A stretch of 62,740 nt of DNA, filler included, from Choristocarpus tenellus KU-1152 (GCA_964200185.2; 9 parts of 9 records of this genome joined end to end with filler, not necessarily neighbours in it); one strand, 5' to 3'. Numbered from the whole stretch's first letter, positions 49,358 to 62,740 are shown. Notes: generated from the letters alone by a model not told the origin. Numbers and translations: made by a program.

Positions 49358-51793
49358 GATTGGATAGAAGGATGGGAGTAGGAAATGAATGCCATTCCCT
49401 AGAGGCTACACCCGTGATAGTCAATAGAAGTAGGATTTGGGAGTAGAAGAGTTTTATCCTGCCAACAAACATGCTGACTCAGTCAGCAGCAAATATCTGT
49501 CTACTTTAGTTCAGGAGATGCTGTTGAAAGAGGGTATACCCTTATTATTTGGACTGAAGGGGGAAGAAAAATGGGCATGTGTGTGGGGCTGTGTTGGACG
49601 ATGTTCTTGGTACCTGTTAATATCAGAGTAAATCATTTTGTTGTTTAGAAAGTTCCAGAATCTTTACATGGTAGAAGATGGGAGGAGTGAAATTCATTGC
49701 TCTTTTTTTTTTAGCATGACCAAAGAACGTTCTGCGCATCAAAGAAAATTATCTGTCATGTACTCAATTGGAAGGGAGATGTTTCTTCATATACGAAAAA
49801 AGAATACCAGAAAAACATGTATGCCTTAGTGTGCACTTTATAGTGGACAGTGTGTGTCACAAGTACAAGATGCTTCAGTCATTTGAACAACTTTTATCAG
49901 ATAAATTGTTTGGCCTTGGTGTTCCACACACATCATTGAGCCCAGAGGAATTGGGGTGTTGTCAATTCTCACATGGATGAATCCTTGACATATTCCCTCT
50001 CAGTCACTTCTGAATGAATGAAAAAAATCCTACCAAAATATTCCATGGATATGAACCAATTTTGGAATGTTGGGGAAGGGCTTCTATTTCGTAGACACTT
50101 GTCAAGTAGATCCTTTAGACCAGAACAGGAGTATTATTGGTCACTAAAAAGCAAAAAGGGGCACAAAGTGAACATAGTGAATGGCAAGATGAGGTTTATG
50201 TTGCCATTCCAAACCAAAGGTGGTATGATTTTGCCCATCTCTTAACATTGCAACCATATTTATCACTTGGTCCTATCCGGATATCAATTCAATCCCCTGT
50301 TGACCGAAAATGTGAAGGTGTACCCCCTTTTGTCCAATCCTCTTGAAATGCACAAAGTGCTTGGACACCTAATAGAAAACTGCAATATTTCAATCACTAC
50401 TATACACTCTTCATTTTCAATCATATAAAAATAATACCAGTAACAGTGTTTTTTTTTGTAAGTTTTCTTTCACCATAACAATGACAACGAGGTATGGACC
50501 ATTACAATTACACAATGGTGTACACCTAGTATGTGTTGACTTTTGAGTTATGCTTACAACATGTCATCAAAAGAATTTGTAAGTTGGATTTGACACTGTG
50601 ATCAATCCATCACTGTGGGCATGAGTATTCATTCAAGGTTTTACACATTAATTCATTAGATCAAAAATTGAGTCAAAACACAAAGCGTCCCCTCACCCCA
50701 GTTGGTTCACATTGGACAAGTCAAACCTGTTTCATTCACTCACTCATTTGAGAATGGAACATTAGTGTGGTACTAGTGTGGTTCTCAGCCCCACTTCTCT
50801 GTCCCAATGTTTGTTGCCAGCCACACTTACCCCCAACAATGGAGATATGACACATTACCCCAACAATAAACAGTTAAGTTTGTCAGGCTAACATTTGTAT
50901 CAAGGTTAATGCACACTGAAAAGTATGTAACTGAAAATATATTTTTTTTAATGGAAATAGAAAAATGTTGTTCATACAATTGTTTCTTGTTATGTAGTAG
51001 AGATGCTACAGCAGTATCATACCACTGTCAAAAAACAAAATATAAGAGAAAAAAACTGACTCCAGTCTGTCTGCATGCACACTGATTTTGTGGTCCAAAA
51101 TCAAAACTATTGAACAGGGCCCCTGACTACTGTACATACCCCAAACGACCAAGTGATCAAGCCGTAGCTTTCACAGAGTAGTTTCTAAATCGACTGGCCT
51201 CTCAAAATTATCAGTACCTAGCTACTATGAGTATATTGTGATTCTTTTGCAAAACTTCATCTTTTGGCAGATGATGACGTGTGCTTTTGTGAGTGGTTTG
51301 ACTAAATGTCTCATTTTCAATATGTATTGTCTCAAAAAGGTCAATTCATATCACCAAACATGAGAAAGATGAGACCACAAACTCCACCAACAGTACAGAG
51401 GTATTTGTAACCGGAGGGGAGAAGCTTTAAGACACAAACAAAACTTGAAACAAGAATACAACTATCCATTCTAATTATTTGTAAGTGAGCAGCGAAAAAT
51501 TTGATTTTGAAGATATACAAAAATGGACACACATCCAACCTTGACTGTGTATAACCTTTAAGCTGAAAACACTGACCTAAGGGAGAGATCCTTAGTCTTA
51601 AACGCTTCAGTTCATCAATACAGTGCAGTCATACACGTTCAAGCAGCAATCAACAGAACATACATTGCAAAACAATCCAGAAAATATAACACCATCCTTC
51701 ACCCACAGGTTGCACTGCTATGTTGCAGGAGAACGATTAAGCTGTGCAAGGTGAGAGCTCTTTGTATGCCACTTGCTCTCTTCCTATTGGCTG

Positions 51794-54700
51794 TTAAGAA
51801 TATTTTTCACGAAGTACATTCAGACCCTTGTATCGTGGTAGCTTAACCTCTCCTTCTCGGAAAATGGAGAACCCATCTTTGACCTTGTCTTTGACCTTCA
51901 TCCTCAGCTGCTCAGCTTTCTCATGTCTTGGTCTAGGATTGCCTCCAGTTCGATCAGTCACGGAATCATAGTTGTCTGACCACAGATCGGTGAAGTCAAA
52001 CCCTTGCTCCTTGCAGTGCGGCCATGAAAATGAGTCATATATGTACGGTAGGCCATTCACAGTACCATCAATGGCAAGTAGAACATCCCTGTTTGTAAAT
52101 TTGTTTGTCTGTGTCTTGCCCCAGAGCCGGACAGGCCACTTCGTATTGCTCTCAGCCATGAGGCCAAAGGGAAAAACATCACTACCGCGATGTCCATAGC
52201 ACTCATCACCATACAAGCTAAGTACGATATCGAAACTTTCAAGATCCTCATCAGTGTAGGAGGTAGAACTCTCTGGCCAGAACTTGTCATCCAAAGTCCC
52301 AGTTATGGTTTTAAACAGGAACAGCCTCTCCATTGTAGGATGGGTTGGCCAGAAGGATGGATCCAGTGGGGAGCTTGATTGCAGTTGGTCACCATCATCA
52401 ATAGGGGCGCTGCATAGAATATTAATCACTTCTCGCTGGGTGTTTGAGTCGTATGACTCCAGCAAATTGGGCACCAGGAACATCACATCTCGAATCAACT
52501 TGAAATCATCTCCACTGTCAAGGTTATACCCAAGGCAACCACAGTATCCCCTCTCCATCACCTGTCAATATCATTAGCAGGACGCAACACAACAAGATGA
52601 AAAACAGAATCCATACCAGTAATACTCTGGTTTCTGTAACTCACATAACATCACGTAACAATCCTCCATTGAAGAGCTATAATGACAATTAACACGCTGC
52701 CTACAAAAAGCACAATACATCATGTGCTGGATTAGATATATTCATAGCAGAGCTAGGAGGGGAGAATCAAGGTGAAAATGTGTAGCCCTTGAAAATTAAC
52801 TTGCAGCAAGAGACTATCTCACATGATAGGGATGGTGTTATTCCCTACCGTTGGGGTATTGGTCCTTAATATGTTCAAGTAAGGAGAATTCAAGGATAAA
52901 AGGAGAGACTTTTTGGGATAGGTCAACACATGAACAAAAGAAATAAACTTGAGATTTCAGGAAGAACAAGGTTAAAGGTCACCTACCAAAGGTGAGCAAT
53001 CCTTAGTGCCATACTTGAGAGGGAGAAACGTGGTGAAGATGAGATGAGAATTGGAAAATGAGCTATCAAAGGGCATGGGGCTGTTTGCTTGACTGCACTC
53101 AACATAATGAGTAGTCACTAAACACATCACAGCAACAGAGTAAATAAAAGCGTAACCAAAAAACATGATAAAAATGTGTATTCAATCTTCAATCCTCCCC
53201 CTCAAGAGTGTCCAATAAAACCTGAAAGAATCACATACCCATACTAGCATAACACAGTGAATTTGGGTTATAGGGTGGGGTAAGGAGAAAGAAATTCATG
53301 TTGGGAAAACAAATGTCATACTCTTCATGCAACCTTCACCACGCATTCAAAAGAGGTCAAAACAGGTCAAAAGTCTCTAAATACATACCCTCTACAAGCA
53401 CTGGATGTGCATCATCATCACCTCTTGAGGGGAAGCATCAGCGGGTGGATGACCCTCGCATTTGAAGATATTATCACGGAACAAATTCTTTCTGTGTATG
53501 AAGGCCAGTTCTGCCAATGTCTCTGCCACTTCCTCATCCGTAATGTCTGCAATATATGCAAAATTCTTTTTGCAGTCTAGTACGCCACCAATCCAGATGT
53601 GAACTGACCCATGCGGGTCATACATGGAGTCCCACACCCAGCTATAGAAGTTTCGGTAGAGAGAAAGTAGGTAGTGACTCTCACATGATGGGAGTGGAAA
53701 ATAGTCGATGGAATTCAATCCACACATGTCTCCAAAGCCACGGGTTAGGTAGCTGCAGAGGTACATGGGAAGACACCGAAGGTCAGTCAGTATGATATCA
53801 ATTCAATACAAACAAAAAGGTGGAGGTCAACTTGCACAAAATGATACATAAAACGATACATAAAAATGATCCACAAGAAGATGGCTAGACAGAGATGAAA
53901 GGGTTAGTGTGACAAAAAGCAAGGTGCTCTTATCTATCTACTGCACAATTCCTGCACCATCACCAACACATGGTGGTTGCTGAGGTATAATGCATAGTTT
54001 AGGCATGCCACATACCCATCAGTCACAACATCGTAGAATCAAACAACCCTGTCAAAACAAATAAAATAAGCAGTAGACACTAGAGTTCAAGGGGGGGACA
54101 AGGAATTGCAACTATACCATGCAGATGGTATCAAGGCATTCAACACTGTTAAAACTGTGAACACTCTTTACAGTTGTAACACACTTAACACACGTAACAC
54201 ACTTACCGACGGTTGTTGATGTTCCATGGTGCCCTCATTTGCCCATAGATGTTTGACCAAACTGAGCTGTTCGGTGCCACATCAGGTATCTCCTTGTATC
54301 CCCACCGGCTGTCCTTGACCTGACCAAACATGATGCTATCTTCTTTAAAGCTAATTCAAGGCTATGCTGATTGCATCCTAGTGGGAAGGACGTATCACAA
54401 TGCACACAACAGACCTCTCAGACCTGCCATGGGTACAAGGGAAAGACAACCTCTGTTTGAACATAACATCCTAACCACCATTGTCTACTGAAAGTGACAA
54501 AACACACCCAATGTATGCCCGGAGTGGTGTGTCTGTTAAGATATCAAGATTGATAATATTGTTCTTACATCACTAAACAGTATCGATAATTTTTATTTTA
54601 ATCCCAAGAGTCCCTCAGCACCATCACCAACCCAGAGTCTTTTCCTGGACATGCCACTAACCTCTGTGTCACTTGTGCTAAAAATGAGAGGGGATCATGG

Positions 54701-56699
54701 GATCATCAATGAAGAGTCCACTCGAAAATCATCCAACTTCAAAACTGTTTGCTGTGGGTGAAGTGTTGGCTAACAGGACAAACACTATCAAGGAACAAAT
54801 TCAATTGCCAATGGTACACCAAATTTGGTATGTCAAAAATAGCTCTCTCAATTGTTATACCACCATGCTACACCACCTTACCTATTAAGCAACAAACACT
54901 TTCAACACTGCAAGTCAGTTGTTAACCATCCTCGTATCTCAAGAGTAAAAAAAATGTAACTGTCAGAGGGATGCCAAATACCCAGTGGAAAATGACCAAT
55001 GGCAAAACATTGCCCAAGCACAAAAACACACAAAAACACAATGGTACCATCACAACCGGACTCAGTTCACCTGCTTACCTACCCATGATTGCTTTACGAC
55101 TAGGATGGCGTGATAGTAAACACATCATAGATTGATCATTCTTCCAATCTACACTCAACAAGGTCAAAAGAAACCAAACACGCTACATACAAACACAGAA
55201 CACATTACTTGCACACCTGAAGATCTGAAGTGTCCACAGTCCCAAACCAGGCATCTTGAAATATGGGTATGTTGCCATCAAATTCCCCACCTACCCCATT
55301 GGCAGTGTCAATGGTGAAGTCCCAATAGGGTAAACTGAGCTTTGGGTTCACAAGCTGCAGACTGTGCTCAAAAATATTTGTTATGAGCACATGGCTTGTA
55401 AGAAAGCCCAGACCATCATGAAACTGTCAGTTAGCAGAGGGACAGACACAAAATACGACACATAAAATAATGAAAAGGAAGAACTTTATCTTGTCAAAGA
55501 ATTGGGTCAAACATTATCAAAAATAAGATGTCTTCATCGGTAGCGTCTACTCCAGAAGAGTGAACTCTGCTAGTCTAGCAAGGTTGATTCTGAACAAGGC
55601 ATGTAAAATTTGGGATACTTGACGCAATGTGGAATACTGCTTCTGGGTAGCATCGTATTGAGAGCTCACAATGTTGCTGAGGATGTATGGAAATATGGCT
55701 AGAATAGGCTGCAATCATGATGCTGCATTCATAAAATAATGTGATTTAGGTGGAGAAAATTGCAAATGCCGGTAGTACTAGGGATATTCACACACTTACG
55801 TCAGGTGAACGCATAGAACGTACTGCATCCTGATACAATCTCCAAATCATTGAAACATGCAGATCTCGTCGAACATTGAGACAACAAACCTTGTCAACTG
55901 GGAATGCCTTCGCTTTAATATCATTTCAAATTAGTAATGTCTAAATAGAGTGTCTGCCAAACTCACATGATCACAATCTGGATCGGTAGCTGACACATGA
56001 TGTAGGTGGTTAATGTCCCACACGTCTATGTAGTCTTCTCCATACAAAGCTTTCCCGGTAGAGGTGCGGACATTCCACAAGGTCGACATCTGTTATGTAT
56101 GCGGTCAATAAAATAGGAGAGGAAGTTTTAATAGTTGGTGCAAGTGTTATGAACACCTCACTCTACTGAGGTAATCCCCCACAAGTCGTTTTGTCTCACC
56201 GCGTCAAATAACTCTTCTCGCTCATCTTCAAGTAGAGATCGTATCTCTCTTCGAACATATTTGGACATCACTATTTCCTCCATACGCCGTGTAACCGTTC
56301 CCGTTGAGGACAATTCCTCTAGTACAATGGTGTGTTCCTCCACGCTTTCCACCTTGACCACAGCAAACACCCCATCCGCACGCACGGATTCGGTATTACC
56401 AGCAGTTTCGGTCACAGTCCACGAGTAGTTCATTCCCGCCAGAGGGTTGTCTACTTGCAGAGTCGTCTCCCTGTAGGGCTCGACCAACTTTCGAGCAGCA
56501 AGCCATGGATACTCCATACCTGGTTTGCCATCCCTGATATGGTAAATATTCAATGCTTGAAAGCTAAGGGTATACTCCTCTGGTAACTCTGAGCCTTGCT
56601 TCCCGAATTTGAGAGAGGCCTCTTTTCTCATCTCTGAAGCATGGGGCAGACCATCCCCCTTTCCTCCACCCCCCACCCTTGATGCGTTACCCAAAGATG
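51794..56699 (-). CDS. Tyrosinase-like type-3 di-copper protein, 5'-truncated by contig edge
   Basis: Exons 56699-56200, 56089-55967, 55423-55217, 54319-54207, 53752-53422, 52561-51794, phase-consistent. Motifs YVRREIRSL, CDHFHDGLGFLTSH (CuA), LPYWDF, PHGSVHIWIGG and SSPLDPSFWPTHPTMERL (CuB). Confidence 0.92.
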
Positions 56700-56799
56700 N
56701 NNNNNNNNNNNNNNNNNNNNNNNNNNNNNNNNNNNNNNNNNNNTTAATTAATTAANNNNNNNNNNNNNNNNNNNNNNNNNNNNNNNNNNNNNNNNNNNN
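56700..56799. other. Artificial contig linker
   Basis: N-run, TTAATTAATTAA, N-run. Confidence 0.98.
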
Positions 56800-56838
56800 T
56801 TGGTAATACAAAAAAAAAAAAATTTTTTGCCCAAAACG

Positions 56839-56878
<40 letters not shown>

Positions 56879-59552
56879 AGATACTTTGACCCATTATTAA
56901 TCCATTGTGTGGGAGGAAGCAGCACAAATTGGATATATGGTTCAAATTCACAGCTTGATAGAAACTCAGTTTAAGGCACTTCTTCTTTGCCTACAAAATG
57001 AGTAACGTGTGTATCGTGTGTACAAGTGTCCGCCAAATCGATACGTTATGAGCAACGTAAGACTGAATTACTAGGCTGTCAAGAGTGTGCCAAAATCCTT
57101 CCAATTGCTGACAAGTCATACCTAGCAATAATCTATCTTTCACGAGAACAGCTTCCTCTCCTCGCGGTATCAAATAAAGAGTCATAATTCCAATAAGTCG
57201 TGTATGGCCTGAGAAAAATGATCATGTATACATATATTTGGAACATCTGAAAAGTACTTCTGAACCTACCATAGGAGACGGCCTAACAAACAATGAGAAC
57301 TGACTGGGAAGGGAGAGGTGAAGCAGATAGCATACAAACGCAGACAGAACGTCAGTGCACAAAGAGAAACATTTTCTTTTCCTGTCTAGACTACCAAAAA
57401 ATAATGCGCAGTATGATTTTAAAAATTGTTAAAAGGTACGGTATGTTGTAAGATCGTTACAGTAGTGTTGTTACAGGCAAGAAGAGGAGTCTTGCCTACT
57501 TTTTGTGTCAATTTAATGGTTATTAACTCTTGCTCTTACCGTTTCAAGACAGATTGAGGTATTGTGTACGTCAACCAGCCTACTTTATGTACTCATTAAA
57601 AAATGGATTGTCGTCTTTCTTGAACAGTCGGAATCATCCTTTCAAACAGTAGGGAGGGGCACACGGGCACAAGTAGTCTTAGACAAAAGAGATGTATGCA
57701 GCAGGTGAGGAACGAGATTAGTTGTTGATGCAGTCTGAGTGACTGACAGCGCAAGAAATTGTTGAAGTCGTTTGGATGTAATTCACATCGCCACCGGTAT
57801 GGATATTTGGCACGAACATTCACATCATCGTACGTGCATGCTTGCACACTACTTGGAGTTATTCAGCGCTTTGGGGAAATTGATACAAATACAATAATAT
57901 CAATCGGCAATGCACGTTGGTAATGGCTTTGTGGGTCTCGCATTTCTTACCATAGACCCAAAGTGTCTGGGGGAGGCGGTGGGTCTACAGAGAGTCCATT
58001 TTGATCAAAAGGAGGAAAAGTCCCCATTTATTATCCAACGTATGGAATCAAATCACCCAAAAATCGCGACATGAGAAAATTATTATTATTATTATCATTT
58101 TATTATTATTATTGTGTTGTTGTGGTCACCTCGGTTATCTTTTTATTATTATTTCTAAACTACAAATGTTTGGTTTTCTTTTTTTTGTAAATTTACCTTT
58201 TGCTTGTTTTTATACTGTGTTGTAGGGAGTATATACCAAAGGATATTATTATTATTATTATTATTTTGGAGTGTTTTTGTGATATTGTAGGGATTATACC
58301 AGAGGGACTATGGTCAACAGCCCAAGAGGTGTTTGACTCCTGGTGAAAAATGTAAGTGGGGTTTCAGAGCTCAGGGAGACGATATTAGAGCTGGAAGAGT
58401 CTCTTCATGAACTTCAAGAAGGAGAGCACAAGATAGAAGGAGGCCAAATGGGCGAGAGAGCAGTCTCCTTTCCTCCGATGGGTTTTTATTCTTACAGTTA
58501 CATCAACTGCTACCGTGCTTTTTTTGTAGACTCTTGTTTGCAGGTCTTCATGGTGATATGACTCATGTACAAATTGTAGACAGTTATGTCAATGCTAGGG
58601 TTAAGGATATGTTGATAGGGTAGGGAATACCTTTAGAATGATGGCTAGGGTTAGGCATATGAAATATGAAATTGTGGTCAGGGTTAGAGTTGGGATGTGT
58701 TGTTAGGGTGGGGTTAGGAGCATGGGAAGGGATGTGAACGTCCAGATAGGGATGGGGATATGAATTTGTTGTTAGGGTTAGTTAGACTTAAGGTTAGGGC
58801 TTTGACTTCTTTGAGGGCACTCTCAATCCCCTTACCGATAACAGGTCTTCACGTGCGTGTGTGTATGGTCTACAGAAAAATATAATTGCAGCATTTTCTT
58901 GCACGATCTTTTCGAATAGGATGGCAACAGGCAGTATATAATGCACTATTATCTCCACGATATTGATGTATTGAAAAATTCCTTGTGGGTACATCCACCA
59001 ACTTCTCAATTGTGTCAGAGTTGTAGGCTAAGAGATAGAATAGAACATCAGTCCTGATACTCATCCTGAGATAGGCAGGCATTGTCGTCCACTTTTGAAG
59101 GTGTATGTTTTTTGTTTTGTCTTATTATTTTCATTTCATCTCAAAGTACTCTGTAGTAGAGTACTTCTTGTTTTGGGAGGTAAAGTTAGGATCTTTCTTT
59201 TTCTTCTTTTCATGTCCTTTCTTTTTATTTGTTGTATTTTGCGGTTTTTCTTGCTTTGGGGTGTAACATTGGTAAACATAATTAGGACACCCCTTTTTTT
59301 GCATGAGAGACACTTGGAGTTAGCCTATTCGAATTCATTGTTTATTTTGTCACCAAGGTTTGACTTGTTTATTTGATTGTGACATGACCCGTTTTTGTTA
59401 GTGGTAACCAGAGGTCGTGTGTCAGGCAGGGTATTGGAGAGACCTCGCCTGGCAGAATGCTCACACAGAGTATCCCCATTGTCCTCCGTGGAAGGATTCG
59501 ATTGACTGATATTTCGTAATAAGCCAAAAGGAAAGTATGATGTATGTGTATC

Positions 59553-59732
59553 TGTTACAGGCGAATAGCGCGAGCAGTATACGCGCGTGAGGAACCCCAA
59601 AAGGGGATACGGGTACAAACGTAAATTATGAACAATGTATTGATGTCAACTATTGGATTGTTATTGGAGCAACACATTGCAAACAGGACATTAGAACGTA
59701 ATGAGCCTCGTCATACAGATGTGATGCTCAGG
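59553..59732 (+). mobile_element. Start of an LTR related to 13961, cut by contig end
   Basis: TGTTACAGGCGAATAGCGC identical to 13961-13979, plus a shared CCCCAAAA.GGGA block. Confidence 0.55.
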
Positions 59733-59831
59733 NNNNNNNNNNNNNNNNNNNNNNNNNNNNNNNNNNNNNNNNNNNNTTAATTAATTAANNNNNNNNNNNN
59801 NNNNNNNNNNNNNNNNNNNNNNNNNNNNNNN
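59733..59831. other. Artificial contig linker
   Basis: N-run, TTAATTAATTAA, N-run. Confidence 0.98.
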
Positions 59832-60607
59832 NGGGGGGGGGAAGTGATGTGATGGTGTATGGTTTGCTTTGTTGTTTTTGTTGTTTTTGTTGTATTAGGG
59901 GTTGTTTTGTTTATGAAGACAAGAGGCGTTTTCTTTGAGGTAAGGCTTTGTTTTTTACATTGTGGTTTTGTGTATTCAGAGAGACATTTTTTTTTGTTGT
60001 AGCGGCAGTATTTTGTTTGTAAAGAGAAAATGCGTTTTCTTTTTTGTATGCGAGGGCTTCCAAATGCTGTTTGGATGATCATAGTTCTTGTGTTACCTTG
60101 ATAATAGTATTTGTTAATGTTGTATGGTAATGAAATGAGGATTAATGTATATATATATTTTTTTGTAGTTGCATTTTTTTTGTTTTCCTGTTATTCTCTG
60201 CAACTCTGTTAAAATAAAAAGTTCGCTACACAAAGTCAGTTTTTTGTTTCATGTTGTTCTCTGTGATAGATGTTATCTGTCACGTTCCCTCTCCTTGCGG
60301 TATAGAGCTGGTTCAGATTTGTGAAAAAAAAAAACATTTTTCTGTTGCAGGTTGGATATTTTTTTCTTGCCCTTGAATAGTGAGACCTTTGCTTGATCCT
60401 TAACCCTAATTGTAGTGTGTGTCGGAAGGCATTGGTACTGATCCCAATCCCCAAGTCTTTGGTACTGACTGGTCCCTATCCCCAAGTTGTTGATACTGGT
60501 CCCAATCCCCAGGTCGTGTGTATCCTAGTATTTGTATTGAAACAGACGGTGCTTTGTCTATCATTGTGTGTAAATTGTACCAATATTGTGTGTGTGTGTG
60601 ATGTCAG

Positions 60608-61759
60608 GAAATAAGGAGGTGTTGGAGAGTTCTTCTGTTGATACGGATGGAGATAACAACAAGGGCAAGGGCAAGGGCAAGGGCAAGGGCAAGGGCAAGC
60701 CTGGGGCTTTGTCTGGTGATGGGGAGGAGAATGTGTAGGACATGCTAAGGATATTAGCAAGCTATCGGAAGCGGAGAGAGTAGCAGCGCGGGTGGGGGTT
60801 TTAAAATGATCATTTTTTTGTTATCTTGTTTTTTTCTTTTTTTGTTTAAAAATCCCTTTTTGTTATTATTTATTGAGATTTTTTTTTTTATCAGAGAGGG
60901 CAGGCAAGAGAACATTTCGAACAAGGTCACAGTTGATTTGTGTTGATTTGTGTTGATTTTGAAAATAATTGATTCCTGTATGGTGTGTTTTTTTAATTTT
61001 TTATTTAATTTTTTATTTAATTTTTTTTAATTTTTTTAATTTTAATTAAAAAAAATTGAATGTGCTCTGTTGTGAGTTTGGATCCGAGGCCGTTTTAAAC
61101 GGGGAAGGGGGACAATTGAATGGAGTGGTTAGATTTGATTGGTTGGTTATTTCTGCTGTGTTTGTGTTTCGGTTAGGGTTAGGGTTAGGGTTAGATTTAT
61201 ACCCTCCAAACTGTTTGATTCACAATATGCAGTGACATAAAGAAAGTGTAACAATGGTTATTATTATTATTATTATATTATTTTTTCAGGGTTTTTTGGA
61301 TGTTATTTGGTGGTGCTGAACTGGCTCTATTGTGGTACAGGTGTAGGTAATAGTGATGTGTTTTTTTTTTAATCTTTACCGCGTATGGTGACCTCAGAAT
61401 CATTTTTGTTTTAAATGTGTTGTGTTGTTTGAGATCAATTTTCTTTTCATAAATGGAATATATATATATATATATATATGTTTTGGTTGGAAGTAGAGAT
61501 ATGTGTGTGATGTGTTTGATGGAGTAGTGGAGGAAATGTTTTTGTGGTGGATGTGGAGATGAGGGGTGAATGACATGGTAGTGTGGCTGGGTCTGTATGG
61601 ATAGTTTTTCTCAGTGTATGTATGTTAATGTTTATGTGTGTGTGTTTTCCTCTTCCGCTGTGATCAACCTCTACTTTTTAATCCCTTTTTACAGGAGGCT
61701 GAGGAGTTGGCAGCTCACTCTGCTGCAATGAAGGCAGCTGCTGATGCACGCCTAGCAAG
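60608..61759 (+). CDS. Short exons of an unidentified gene in AT-rich introns
   Basis: ~60608-60791 (..NKGKGKGKGKGKGKP..; needs a frameshift to reach HAKDISKLSEAERVAAR|GT), ~60895-60925, and 61695-61759 (EAEELAAHSAAMKAAADARLAR), with AG/GT flanks. Confidence 0.35.
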
Positions 61760-62389
61760 GTTGGTTCCACCCTACTGTGTATGTATATATGTATGTATGT
61801 TTTTTATGTTTTATTTCTGGAGTTTGTTGCTGCTCTATTTAAACAAAAATTGAATCTTGGTATGTACTGTGGTGTATTTATGATGATAGATGTGGACGCA
61901 CGGCTTAGGCTTTGGTAGGAGGTGATTCAATTATTTTTTTCAATGGCTTTGGCCTTAGCACACAATGCTCTGATTTTGATTTGGGTGGGATTGTTGTGAT
62001 GGGGTTTGTTTGGTCGTTGAGTTATGTGCAATTATTTCCAAGACATCAGTTTGTTTTTACTGAAAATAAGAACAGGATGTGTGCGTTTGTTGTGAAGTAG
62101 GGTTAGAGAGGTGAGTATTGTTTGCATTTTAAGGCTGATCTGAGGGTGTTGTGTGTGTGTGTGTGTGATTTTTTTGTTTTTTAATAATATGGAATGATTC
62201 AATGTATGTTTACCTGTAGATTCTTGGTTTTTAGGTGTGTGAATGTGGAATTTTAATTCTGCGGTGTAGTTTGTTTTTATTGTTTTCATTGTTTTTATTG
62301 GTGATTTTACCCACACAGTAAGTAGTCTGTCCCTTACACGAGGTATTAATAGAGCCGGTTTATTGAATTGTTTATATACAAGCATAATG

Positions 62390-62690
62390 TTTTTATTATT
62401 ATTTTGTTATTATTATTATTATTATTGTTATCATTATTATTATTGTTATCATTATTATTATTATTATTATTTTGTTATTATTATTATTATTACCATTATT
62501 ATTATTATTATTATCATTATTTTGTTATCATTGTTATTATTATCATTATTATTATCATTATTTTGTTATTATTATTATTGTTATTATTATTATCATTATT
62601 ATTATTATTATTATTATTTTGTTATTATTATTATTATTATTATTTTGTTATTATTATTATTGTATTATTATTATTATTATTTTGTTATTG
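62390..62690. repeat. (TAT)n microsatellite, imperfect
   Basis: About 300 bp of TAT/CAT/TGT repeats. Confidence 0.95.
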
Positions 62691-62740
62691 GGGTAGTTTA
62701 ATTTTTACGAATAAATTTATTTATAATTTAGCTAAAATAA

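Noticed and set aside
59402-59414. TGGTAACCAGAGG as a tRNA-iMet PBS
   Set aside because: Imperfect match and not directly preceded by a CA LTR end.
7002-59831. Recurrent TTAATTAATTAA within N-runs as a biological repeat; ORFs running through X residues
   Set aside because: Identical ~100-bp artificial linkers joining contigs; ORFs and gene neighbourhoods that cross them are artefacts.
62363-62701. Poly-Tyr/Ile/Leu ORFs
   Set aside because: Translations of a (TAT)n microsatellite.

Overview
Eukaryotic, intron-rich DNA. It is not one locus but nine contigs joined by eight artificial ~100-bp linkers (N-run + TTAATTAATTAA + N-run), so adjacency across linkers has no biological meaning. The GT-AG introns of 0.1-1.6 kb, dispersed TTAGGG-like repeats, a flagellar CCDC42/CFAP73-type gene and the tyrosinase type suggest a stramenopile alga, plausibly a brown alga or relative (inference only). 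Genes reconstructed by hand from splice sites and reading phase: a myotubularin (3'-truncated), a complete CCDC42/CFAP73-like gene head-to-head with a complete GUP1/HHAT-like MBOAT gene, a tyrosinase-like di-copper protein (5'-truncated), one FtsH-type AAA exon, an unusual KH + unknown + J-domain ORF, a protein kinase pseudogene and several unassigned exons. The rest is largely transposon debris: Ty3/gypsy chromovirus integrase split by a solo LTR, other LTRs with PPT or PBS, RTE-like LINE fragments, a Penelope-like GIY-YIG fragment, a Stowaway-like MITE, a possible KDZ transposase relic, and a young ~260-bp GAG...CTC MITE family with 4-bp TSDs (Sola2-like). No CRISPR array, rRNA or intact tRNA was seen. 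I found no clear multi-gene novel system. The best leads are the KH-J protein, three phase-required GC-AG introns in two adjacent genes, the Sola2-like MITE family with an internal hairpin, and the Cys-rich/KDZ-like contig.
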